Shown: one piece after another, positions 7,487 to 15,925 of the stretch
Layout: each line of letters begins with the position of its first letter
How positions within the stretch are numbered: position 1 is the stretch's first letter
Source: a virus
IMG/VR virus record: IMGVR_UViG_3300021197_001653
Location: 1 to 64,000 of that record
DNA length: 64,000 nucleotides
Reading direction: 5' to 3' (one strand)
Notes under the pieces: model-generated
The model's database searches: none
Told to the model about the DNA's origin: nothing
The model's input: only the letters and a program-made list of their open reading frames with translations
Position numbers and translations under genes: made by a program

Positions 7487-7517
7487 TTGTATATGTCATT
7501 TATTTTTTGTATATTTG
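7487..7517 (+). promoter_or_regulatory. Bacteroidota sigma-A-type promoter
   Basis: TTG(7487)-N20-TATATTTG(7510-7517); shares CTTGTATATGTCA with the 5644 promoter. Confidence 0.8.
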
Positions 7518-7544
7518 CATTAATATAAGTAAAAAACATAAATA

Positions 7545-7886
7545 ATGTTAACAAAAGAAATAATAGAAAGTAAGAACTTTACATATACTAATACAATAGA
7601 GGAATATGTAGCATCAGGTAATCAAACATTGATAATTGATGAATATCTAGGATTAGCAGTTATAGAAAGAGAAGACGAGGATAATATAGAGTTTCCAGTT
7701 AAGTTAGTGTATTACACTTCAACAAGCGAATTAAGTATACAAACCTACTATAATAATCCTAAATTTTATAATGAGTTCTTTTATATATCAATAATAAATA
7801 CAGAAGATGAATTAGATGAAGCGTTAAGCAAATTAAGGTTTACTGTAGAAGAAATAGATTTAGACAAATTAAATGAATATGAATAA
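7545..7886 (+). CDS. acidic hypothetical protein
   Basis: 113-aa ORF after promoter. Confidence 0.7.
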   Translation: MLTKEIIESKNFTYTNTIEEYVASGNQTLIIDEYLGLAVIEREDEDNIEFPVKLVYYTSTSELSIQTYYNNPKFYNEFFYISIINTEDELDEALSKLRFTVEEIDLDKLNEYE

Positions 7887-7906
7887 ACCACAACACATAT
7901 TTTGGA

Positions 7907-8209
7907 ATGAAGAGTGGAACACAGATGAAGATGAAAGGACAAAATGTATTTGATAAATATTTAGAGATAAAACAAGATTTAATTAATAATTTACATGATA
8001 TATTCTTAAGACAACATACATATACACATAAGTATAGAGGGAATATATTAACAGATGTAAACGTAGGATTATACGTTACAGAGGATAGAAAGAAGGTAGT
8101 TCAGATATTTGTAAGGAATAACGGACTATGGGTGAGGGATAGATTAATATTTGATAAGTCAGGTATTATAGACACAGAATTTAAAACAAACATAAATTTA
8201 TATGAGTAA
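7907..8209 (+). CDS. hypothetical protein
   Basis: 100-aa ORF in operon. Confidence 0.65.
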   Translation: MKSGTQMKMKGQNVFDKYLEIKQDLINNLHDIFLRQHTYTHKYRGNILTDVNVGLYVTEDRKKVVQIFVRNNGLWVRDRLIFDKSGIIDTEFKTNINLYE

Positions 8210-8495
8210 GAAAGGGACGATGAGGTATTTATTAGACGAAGAAGTATTCACTGTATTTAACAAGGAAGTAGCTTCAATTAATGCTAATAATAATGGATTA
8301 TTAAATGAATCAGTATTAGATAAACGTAAAAGACTTTTATTAAAAACTGCTGTAGAATATTTAACAGATGAAGTAGTAAAAGTTAAAAGAGGGTATCCAG
8401 TTAAAGATATACAAGATGTTGGTCTTGAAGTAGACTGCGTGATAATGAATAGAGAAACATTTAATATTATTAAAAATTACATATATGAGAAATAA
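8202..8495 (+). CDS. hypothetical protein
   Basis: 97 aa, overlapping operon ORF. Confidence 0.7.
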   Translation: MSKKGTMRYLLDEEVFTVFNKEVASINANNNGLLNESVLDKRKRLLLKTAVEYLTDEVVKVKRGYPVKDIQDVGLEVDCVIMNRETFNIIKNYIYEK

Positions 8496-8727
8496 TCATT
8501 ATTTAAACATACATGTACCTAATGAGATTAAGTACAGAGTTGAGAAAAGAAGATGTACCATTATAGGTATAGAGAATAATAACTTAATAGGTTATAATTA
8601 TAAATATAATCAAGATGAGCTTAACGAGAGAGAAGTAAACATTGTATTCTCAATAGCATTACCTATTGGTAAATGGGTTGTATCTGAGAAGCAAGAATAT
8701 GATACTGTAATTTTAAATAGAGCATAA
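8485..8727 (+). CDS. hypothetical protein
   Basis: 80 aa, overlapping operon ORF. Confidence 0.65.
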   Translation: MRNNHYLNIHVPNEIKYRVEKRRCTIIGIENNNLIGYNYKYNQDELNEREVNIVFSIALPIGKWVVSEKQEYDTVILNRA

Positions 8728-8990
8728 TGAGTGGATTTTTAAGAAAAGGAAGACGAAAGGAAACCAAACGGATCAAGAAGCACGTTAAAGAGTTCTATAA
8801 GATTATAGGGGAGATGGATGACGTAGCACAGAAGATTGTAAAGAACAAACGAGTAGATGAAGTTAATGAAGATACTATAGAAGATATAGCATTTGATTAT
8901 ACTAATAGAAATATAGGGAATATGGAAAAAATGCTCCTTTTATCAAAACTAAATAAAGATGGAGGAAGTGTACCAGATAAAAAGAAATAG
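8727..8990 (+). CDS. hypothetical protein
   Basis: 87 aa, TAATG coupling. Confidence 0.65.
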   Translation: MSGFLRKGRRKETKRIKKHVKEFYKIIGEMDDVAQKIVKNKRVDEVNEDTIEDIAFDYTNRNIGNMEKMLLLSKLNKDGGSVPDKKK

Positions 8991-9150
8991 TATAGTAGAA
9001 TTGTTAAATCAGATAGATGAATTTAAAGATAAAATAGATTCTTTTATTGAAGATCATGATGATTATAATTATGATTTAGAGATAAATAAATTAGTTGAAA
9101 ATAATGAAACGAAGTGGATAGCAAAATTAGTAGTAATTAAAGATGAATAA
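8959..9150 (+). CDS. hypothetical protein
   Basis: 63 aa, acidic. Confidence 0.6.
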   Translation: MEEVYQIKRNSIVELLNQIDEFKDKIDSFIEDHDDYNYDLEINKLVENNETKWIAKLVVIKDE

Positions 9151-9466
9151 TAAAGTATATATAACATATTTAAAAAAACTGTTTGGGTTTATGGACTACC
9201 ATAATAGAATGGCTCCATTCCCTTATTATGATACAGAATATGTAAGCGATGTAAAAAATAGAATAAAAGAGATGGAAAATAATGATAAAATAGACTATGA
9301 CTCTATACCAGTGGCTGCATGTAAATATTGTCACAAATTAAGGATACAACAGGATGAATATGATAATGACGTATGCATGAATTGTGGATCAGTAAATGAA
9401 TTAGTTATATATGATACAATATTTACATATTTAGATAAAAAGAGAGAGTTGGATGAAAGTGATTAG
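9143..9466 (+). CDS. Zn-ribbon protein
   Basis: CKYC...CMNCGS motif pair. Confidence 0.75.
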   Translation: MNNKVYITYLKKLFGFMDYHNRMAPFPYYDTEYVSDVKNRIKEMENNDKIDYDSIPVAACKYCHKLRIQQDEYDNDVCMNCGSVNELVIYDTIFTYLDKKRELDESD

Positions 9467-9734
9467 ATACGGTGATGTTTATAATACTATAGAGAATGAA
9501 GATGGGGAAATGGAAGAGGTTTTAATAAGGGGTGATTATACAATGCCTATTATATTAAACCCTTATAAAATAGAAAGTATAGAACCTTACATAAGCATTA
9601 ATTGTAAACAGTTTAAAAACGTATCTATCATAACATATGACTCAGGTAAACAGTTTAAAGTAGTAGGTAACTATAAAGCTTTAAATGAATATAAAAGCAG
9701 TAATCAAAGAACAGTAATAGGATATGGGAGATAA
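9453..9734 (+). CDS. hypothetical protein
   Basis: 93 aa, overlapping operon ORF. Confidence 0.7.
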   Translation: MKVIRYGDVYNTIENEDGEMEEVLIRGDYTMPIILNPYKIESIEPYISINCKQFKNVSIITYDSGKQFKVVGNYKALNEYKSSNQRTVIGYGR

Positions 9735-10386
9735 ACCTAATAAGGATAAGAGAAAATTAAAAACTGAACCACGATTAAAAGTTCAGTTAAATAATGAGCA
9801 AAAAGAAGTAGTTAAAAAATTCTATGAATATGACGTAAACTTTGTATTAGGGGATTTTGGAGCAGGTAAATCATTAGTAGCAGTATATACAGCTATATCA
9901 GCTTTTAGAAAGAAACAATTTAATAAAATATGGATTACTAGACCCATGATCAAAAATAATCTAGCCGCGTTACCAGGAACAATGGATGAAAAAATGTTTC
10001 CTTATGTATTTCCTATACTACAGAATTTAAATGTATGTCAAAGCGCTGAGGTAACAACTAGAATGCAAGATAGAAAAGATCTTGAAGTAATGCCAATTGA
10101 GGTAGCTAAAGGTATTACTTTTATGGATTCAGTAGTTATTGTTGATGAATTTCAAGATATGAATTATCAAGACTTCAGGACAATCATAACACGATTAGGT
10201 AAAGATAGTAAGATTATCTTTTGTGGTAGTGAACAACAAATTGATAAGAACTTCACCAAGTCTTCATGCATTAATGAAGCGATGAAGCTTAGAGATTCTG
10301 GGTTAGTGGGGTTTACTGAACTAACCTCCAACCACAGAAATCCTGCATTAACAAGTATAATAAAGTATATGGAAGATGAAAAATAG
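9724..10386 (+). CDS. phoH: PhoH-like ATPase
   Basis: Q motif (NNEQ), Walker A GDFGAGKS, ITRP, LPGTMDEK, VDEFQD, TRLG, GSEQQID, NHRNP. Confidence 0.9.
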   Translation: MGDKPNKDKRKLKTEPRLKVQLNNEQKEVVKKFYEYDVNFVLGDFGAGKSLVAVYTAISAFRKKQFNKIWITRPMIKNNLAALPGTMDEKMFPYVFPILQNLNVCQSAEVTTRMQDRKDLEVMPIEVAKGITFMDSVVIVDEFQDMNYQDFRTIITRLGKDSKIIFCGSEQQIDKNFTKSSCINEAMKLRDSGLVGFTELTSNHRNPALTSIIKYMEDEK

Positions 10387-10756
10387 TAAAATAGCAAACC
10401 TTAATGTTGATATAAAGGGTTTATTTAAGAAATGGTTAGAAGTAACCAAGTGCTTTCATAAGCTTACTAATCAACAGCAAGATGTATTATCTCTATTATT
10501 GTACTATCATTATATAAATAAGAAGGAGATAACAAATGATAAAATACTATGGAAGATTGTATTTGACTATGATACTAAAGCATTAATTAAAGAAGAATTA
10601 AGTATTAAAGATCAAGTGTTTCAAAACATATTATCTAAACTTAGAAAGGATAATATTATAGTTAATAACAAAATAAGTAATTTTTTCATACCAGAACTAG
10701 AAGATAAAACAAATAATTTTAAAATAATATTTAACTTTAATATTATAGATGGATAA
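10376..10756 (+). CDS. putative winged-helix DNA-binding protein
   Basis: IKEELSIKDQVFQNILSKLRKDNII is HTH/wing-like; position typical of crAss-like phages. Confidence 0.55.
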   Translation: MKNSKIANLNVDIKGLFKKWLEVTKCFHKLTNQQQDVLSLLLYYHYINKKEITNDKILWKIVFDYDTKALIKEELSIKDQVFQNILSKLRKDNIIVNNKISNFFIPELEDKTNNFKIIFNFNIIDG

Positions 10757-11042
10757 AACAGATGAAATTAAAGTAAAACAGCTAATTCATAAATTAGGGT
10801 TAAAATATAATTTAAGGGATGAAGAGATAAAAGAAATAGTTAATTCACCTTATTTATTTGCAGCAGAAAGGTTCAGAGAGATGGATTTGAAAAAAGTAAC
10901 AACAGAGGAAGAACTGAGTAGTATGAAGACAAACTTTTTATTTAAAGGGTTTGGTAGATTGTTAGTAAGTTTTGCTCTAATTAATAGACGTAATAAACAA
11001 AAATTAAATAGTTTTAAATTAAATAATAAATGGAAGAAATAG
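10749..11042 (+). CDS. HU/IHF-like DNA-binding protein
   Basis: Helical N-terminus plus NFLFKGFGRLLVS (IHF GFG motif). Confidence 0.6.
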   Translation: MDKTDEIKVKQLIHKLGLKYNLRDEEIKEIVNSPYLFAAERFREMDLKKVTTEEELSSMKTNFLFKGFGRLLVSFALINRRNKQKLNSFKLNNKWKK

Positions 11043-11398
11043 CAAATTTAACACACGAAGATGTAATGGAAATTTTAAAAAATGATTTCCCAGTACAACC
11101 ATTAAAACACAGAGCCATTATAACAGTAAATGTTAATGATGCAAATGATATAATGTTTGAGGATAATAGTTTCTCAGAATCACAATATATAATGGCAGTA
11201 GGAGATTATTTTAAAAATGTTAAACCTGGTACAAAGGTTCTTTTAGATATAGAAAAGATGATGGAATTTGTGGAAGCAGATGAGAACACACATGAAAGAC
11301 GAGGTCATATTAAGATTAAACCAATTCAGGTAAATGGTAGAATGTATGCTATTATTACAGATAGAGTAATAGAAGCAATTGATAATAGAGTAGAATAA
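11030..11398 (+). CDS. groES: GroES-like co-chaperonin
   Basis: QPLKHRAII, IMAVG, VKPGTKVLL and NGRMYAIITDRVIEAI follow the Cpn10 motif order. Confidence 0.65.
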   Translation: MEEIANLTHEDVMEILKNDFPVQPLKHRAIITVNVNDANDIMFEDNSFSESQYIMAVGDYFKNVKPGTKVLLDIEKMMEFVEADENTHERRGHIKIKPIQVNGRMYAIITDRVIEAIDNRVE

Positions 11399-11421
11399 TA
11401 AATAAAAAATAAGGAGAAGTA

Positions 11422-11595
11422 ATGAATGATCAAGTAAAACAAGCATTAGCTATTTTAGAACAAGTAGTAGATGCATCAACAGCACAAGGGGTATTTAAGA
11501 AAGCATCTGAAGCTGCTATGGTAGCGCAAGCATTAGTTATTGTATCAAATGCACTAACACCAATTGAAAAAGAAATTAAAAAAGTTAAAAAATAA
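11422..11595 (+). CDS. 57-aa helical hypothetical protein
   Basis: Manual translation MNDQVKQALAILEQVVDASTAQGVFKKASEAAMVAQAL...; AAGGAG upstream. Confidence 0.7.
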   Translation: MNDQVKQALAILEQVVDASTAQGVFKKASEAAMVAQALVIVSNALTPIEKEIKKVKK

Positions 11596-11598
11596 CAT

Positions 11599-12168
11599 AT
11601 GAAGTTATTTGAAATGAAAGATTGGGTTTTAACAGTCTCCGAGGAAGCTTGGGGGCTAGAACCTTTTCATAGGATATTAAAAAGGGATAAGACCAAACAT
11701 AAAACAAAGGCATTAGCTGAGATGTTATTTGTTTGGTATTATTGTGATATAAAGTCAAATTATTTAGTAATGGCAAAACAAGTCAGAATAGATAATTTAA
11801 AGAAAGATATTAATGGGTTATCTCCTACATGGAAGCCTGATGAAATTATATGGGATGCTATAAAGTTTTATTCTCAATTTAAAACTATTACTCAAAAATT
11901 ATACGAAGATGCTTTAACATCAGCTACAGCTATAGGTGATTACTTAAGTAATACAAAAGCATTATTAGCAGAAAGAGATGCACAAGATAAACCAGTATAT
12001 GATATATCTAAGATTAGTGCGTCAGTACAAAGGATGCCTAAATTAATGCAGGATTTAAAAGTGGCTTATAAAGAAGTTGTTAAAGAACAAGATGATAACT
12101 CTGGTAAAAAGAAAGGTAGTAAAACATTTAATACATTTGAACAAGGATTAGATTTTGAAAATGAATAA
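11599..12168 (+). CDS. putative terminase small subunit (conserved crAss-like protein)
   Basis: 189 aa helical protein upstream of terL; assignment by synteny. Confidence 0.5.
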   Translation: MKLFEMKDWVLTVSEEAWGLEPFHRILKRDKTKHKTKALAEMLFVWYYCDIKSNYLVMAKQVRIDNLKKDINGLSPTWKPDEIIWDAIKFYSQFKTITQKLYEDALTSATAIGDYLSNTKALLAERDAQDKPVYDISKISASVQRMPKLMQDLKVAYKEVVKEQDDNSGKKKGSKTFNTFEQGLDFENE

Positions 12169-13582
12169 AGAAATTATAAAAGGAGAAGAACTTCAAGCAG
12201 CATTAAGAGCTGGTGTTGATACACTAGCATCTGCTGTACTTGAAACAATGGGACCTAATGGTAGTACAGTAGGTATTGTAGATGAAACAGGTAAACCTTA
12301 TATAACTAAAGATGGGGTTACAGTTGCTAGACATGTTGATTTGGATAACCCAATAGAACAATATGGAGCTGAATTATTAAAGGAAGTAGCCAATAGAACA
12401 GTTGAGCAAGCAGGAGATGGTACAACAACATCTATTTGTTTAGCTCAATCTTTTATTAACGTAGGTTTTGATTTACTTAATAATGGTATACCATATAAAA
12501 GTATTAAGAGTGCTTTAGAGAAAATAGAAAGTGAAGTTATAGCAGAATTGAAGAAGACTTCTATTAAATTAGAACCAAAGAATATTGTTAATGTGGCAAC
12601 AGTGTCAGCTAATAATGATTCTGTTATAGGAAAGTTAATCCAGACAGCTTATAATCATTCTACTATAGTTAAAGTTGAGGAATCTGATTCATTAGAGGAT
12701 ACTTTAATCACTATAGATGGTATGAACTTAAGGTCTAGTTATTTTAGTAAAGCTTATATTAATAATGCTAAGAAACAATCTATTGAATATGGTACGTCAA
12801 AACTTATTATAGTACAAGGGAAAGTAACTGACATTAAAGATATAAAAGATTTATTAAAAGGTGAACAAGATATGCCAATTATTATAATGGCAGATCATTT
12901 CTCTGATAGTGTTAACTCGATTATTAAAGAGAATTATAATAAAGGCTTTCTTAAGATAGGATTAGTTAAGTCACCTGGTTTTGCTACTCATAGAAAAGAT
13001 CTTATTAATGATATTATATATTATACATCAGCTAATAGAGTTGGAACAACTAATAAATATGTAGGAATTATAGATAAAATTTATGCAGATAAAGATACTA
13101 TAGTTATAACACAAGAAGATAAGGTTAGGGACCCATCAAGATTAAATGATTTAAAAGAAGCTTTTGATAGTGAACCTAAAGGAGGAGCTAAAGATCTCTT
13201 AAAAGACAGAATAGATACCTTAAATGGGACAGTTTCAATAATTAAAGTAGGAGGTAACTCTGAAATTGAAATGAAAGAGCGTAAAGATAGAATAGATGAT
13301 GCTGTATTAGCTGTTAAATGTGCACTAGAAGAAGGTATTATAGAAGGAGGTGGTCACGCCTTAAGAAATATAGCTAAAAATATGTTATACACTAAAACAC
13401 CTATCATTGAGTTGATTGGTTGTTTACATGAGCCTTACTATATAATTGACGTTAAGAAGATAAGCAACAAGATTGTTGATCCAGTAAAGGTTACTAGATG
13501 TGCATTACAGAATGCTATATCAGTATCCAAAACTATATTATCAACTACAGTTATTGTTAGAGGAAGAAATATATGGAATTAA
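12155..13582 (+). CDS. groEL: GroEL-like chaperonin, shortened
   Basis: TMGPNG, ITKDGVTVA, AGDGTTT, VATVSANND, KSPGF, KERKDRIDDA, ALEEGIIEGGG, DPVKVTRCALQNA. Confidence 0.95.
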   Translation: MKMNKEIIKGEELQAALRAGVDTLASAVLETMGPNGSTVGIVDETGKPYITKDGVTVARHVDLDNPIEQYGAELLKEVANRTVEQAGDGTTTSICLAQSFINVGFDLLNNGIPYKSIKSALEKIESEVIAELKKTSIKLEPKNIVNVATVSANNDSVIGKLIQTAYNHSTIVKVEESDSLEDTLITIDGMNLRSSYFSKAYINNAKKQSIEYGTSKLIIVQGKVTDIKDIKDLLKGEQDMPIIIMADHFSDSVNSIIKENYNKGFLKIGLVKSPGFATHRKDLINDIIYYTSANRVGTTNKYVGIIDKIYADKDTIVITQEDKVRDPSRLNDLKEAFDSEPKGGAKDLLKDRIDTLNGTVSIIKVGGNSEIEMKERKDRIDDAVLAVKCALEEGIIEGGGHALRNIAKNMLYTKTPIIELIGCLHEPYYIIDVKKISNKIVDPVKVTRCALQNAISVSKTILSTTVIVRGRNIWN

Positions 13583-15810
13583 AACTAAATAAATATCAAA
13601 CAGTTCTTTCCAAGGAACTAAAAGAGAAATTACCAAAAGAAGTTTGGGATAATATACTTGAATATATATCTCAAGTAAAATTTATACGAAATATTATAGC
13701 ACCTGCATCAGAAAGGGGTTTAATTGCTGATAGAGCGATAATGACTTATGAAAACGATGAGGGTGAACTAATTGAGTATGAAGATGGTAGAAGAATAATA
13801 GATTTAACTAATCCTCATATATTAGAGGATATGGATTATTTTAGAGAAAGAGCTATCTTTTTTGAGGAGAATGGTAGATATACAACTCTTACTCCTAATC
13901 CCAATCCTAAATCTGACTTTGCTCAATTCTGGAAAGATGAATTACATAGATGGAAATACGGGATGGTTCGCCCTGATGGTGAATGGATACCTGGTGAACT
14001 ATACTTTTATTGGAATTATACATCTATACCAATTACAGAAACAGATTCAAACACTAAGAGTAAGAAGAGAGTGGAAAGGGTTAAGAGATTCCCTAAACCT
14101 TGGTTAGGTGATTACTTATTTCATCACTATGTACATGCAGCTAAAGAGAATGGACAACATGGTAAACTATTAAAGACAAGGGGTGTAGGATTTAGCTTAA
14201 AGGCTGCATCATGGGGTCCACGTAATATGTATGTATTACCAGGGACACAAAACCCTAACTTCTACTTAGCATCTGAGAAATCCTTTTTATCTGGTGATAA
14301 AGGTTTATGGGGTAAGATATTAGATAATCTGGATTGGATTGCTACACACACTCCATTACCTAGAATGAGAATAGTAGATGGTAAAAGGTCTATGGAAGTT
14401 CAGTTAGGTTATGAAGATGAGTTTGGTATTAGGAAAGGTTTATTATCTTCCTGTTTTGCTATATCATTAAAAGATAACCCAGATAAAGCAAGGGGTGTAA
14501 GGGGCCCATTCATTGATTATGAAGAAGATGGATTATTCCCTAACTTAGAAAAAGCATGGAACGTAAATAGAAAAGCTGTGGAAGATGGGGGTGTTGCTTC
14601 TGGATTCATGCTTGCAGGTGGTACAGGTGGTACACAAGGCGCTTCATTTGCAGGATCAGAGAAACTATTTTATAGACCTGATGCATATAATATCTTTGGT
14701 ATTCCAAATGTATTTGATAGAAATAATAACGGTGATACAGAGTGTGGGTTCTTTTGGGGTGCGTATATGAATAGAAACCTTTGTTATAATGAAGATGTTG
14801 GTGAACCAGATATTATTAAAGCTTTAATTGAAATATGCATGGACAGGCATAAAGTAAAATATAGCTCTTCTGATGCTAATGCTATTACACAAAAGAAAGC
14901 TGAGGAACCTATTACACCTCAAGAAGCTATTATGCGTACAGAAGGAACTGTATTCCCTGTAGCTGATTTAAAAGAATATTTAGAAACAATATCAGTTAAA
15001 AGAGATGCTTTCTTAGCTGAGAATTATGTAGGTCATTTGGTATACAATGCAACTGGTGAGGTAGTATGGAAACCATTAGGTGATAAATTCCCGCTAAGAG
15101 CATATGATGTTGCAGGTAGTGATAGAGCGGGGTGTCTTGAAATATTTGAAATGCCTAGAAAGAATAGTAATGGTGAAGTACAACGTGGTAGATATATTGC
15201 AGGAATTGACCCTATTGATTCAGATACAGGGCAATCACTATTTAGTATGTTAATTATGGATACTTTTACAGATAGAATTGTAGCAGAGTATTCAGGTAGA
15301 CCTAGAAAGGCTGTAGAAGCATATGATATAGCTTTAAAATCTTTAAAGTTTTATAATGCTGAAGCTAATTATGAGAGTAACTTAAAAGGTTTATTTAGTT
15401 ACTTTGATCAAAAAAATGCTTTACATTATTTAGCTGATGTACCACAAATACTTAAAGATATGGATATGGTTAAACAAACTAATCTATATGGTAATAAAGC
15501 TAAAGGTACGCATGCAAATAAAACTATTAACTCATGGGGTAGATTATTACAAGCGGATTGGCAAGTAACTAAAGCTTATGGTGATGATGAAGATACACGT
15601 TTGAATTTACATAGGTTAAGGGGTCTAGCTTATATTGAAGAATGTATAAAATGGAATGCTGATGGTAACTTTGATAGGGTTTCAGCAGGTATAATGTTAT
15701 TTATACTAAGAGAAGATAGAGCTAAAAGAACTAATTCAATTAAGAATAGAGATGTTAATAAATTTAAAAGTTTATCTAATGATCCATTCTTTAATAAAAA
15801 TTTTAAATAG
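13573..15810 (+). CDS. terL: terminase large subunit
   Basis: LKTRGVGFS Walker A variant, YEEDG Walker B, GGTGG coupling motif, IAGIDP nuclease motif, GNFDRVSA. Confidence 0.93.
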   Translation: MELKLNKYQTVLSKELKEKLPKEVWDNILEYISQVKFIRNIIAPASERGLIADRAIMTYENDEGELIEYEDGRRIIDLTNPHILEDMDYFRERAIFFEENGRYTTLTPNPNPKSDFAQFWKDELHRWKYGMVRPDGEWIPGELYFYWNYTSIPITETDSNTKSKKRVERVKRFPKPWLGDYLFHHYVHAAKENGQHGKLLKTRGVGFSLKAASWGPRNMYVLPGTQNPNFYLASEKSFLSGDKGLWGKILDNLDWIATHTPLPRMRIVDGKRSMEVQLGYEDEFGIRKGLLSSCFAISLKDNPDKARGVRGPFIDYEEDGLFPNLEKAWNVNRKAVEDGGVASGFMLAGGTGGTQGASFAGSEKLFYRPDAYNIFGIPNVFDRNNNGDTECGFFWGAYMNRNLCYNEDVGEPDIIKALIEICMDRHKVKYSSSDANAITQKKAEEPITPQEAIMRTEGTVFPVADLKEYLETISVKRDAFLAENYVGHLVYNATGEVVWKPLGDKFPLRAYDVAGSDRAGCLEIFEMPRKNSNGEVQRGRYIAGIDPIDSDTGQSLFSMLIMDTFTDRIVAEYSGRPRKAVEAYDIALKSLKFYNAEANYESNLKGLFSYFDQKNALHYLADVPQILKDMDMVKQTNLYGNKAKGTHANKTINSWGRLLQADWQVTKAYGDDEDTRLNLHRLRGLAYIEECIKWNADGNFDRVSAGIMLFILREDRAKRTNSIKNRDVNKFKSLSNDPFFNKNFK

Positions 15811-15823
15811 CTATTAGATAATG
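15805..15823. promoter_or_regulatory. palindromic motif AAATAGCTATTAGATAATG upstream of portal promoter
   Basis: Near-identical copy at 18302 with the same spacing to its promoter. Confidence 0.55.
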
Positions 15824-15854
15824 ATTTATAATATAAAACTAAAACTAAAAGTAC

Positions 15855-15885
15855 TTGACTTTTATGTTAAAAAGTATTATATTTA
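15855..15885 (+). promoter_or_regulatory. portal promoter
   Basis: TTG(15855)-N20-TATATTTA (one mismatch to TAnnTTTG). Confidence 0.65.
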
Positions 15886-15925
15886 CAGGTTAACAAAAAT
15901 TATTATAACGTTTTAATAATAAAAA

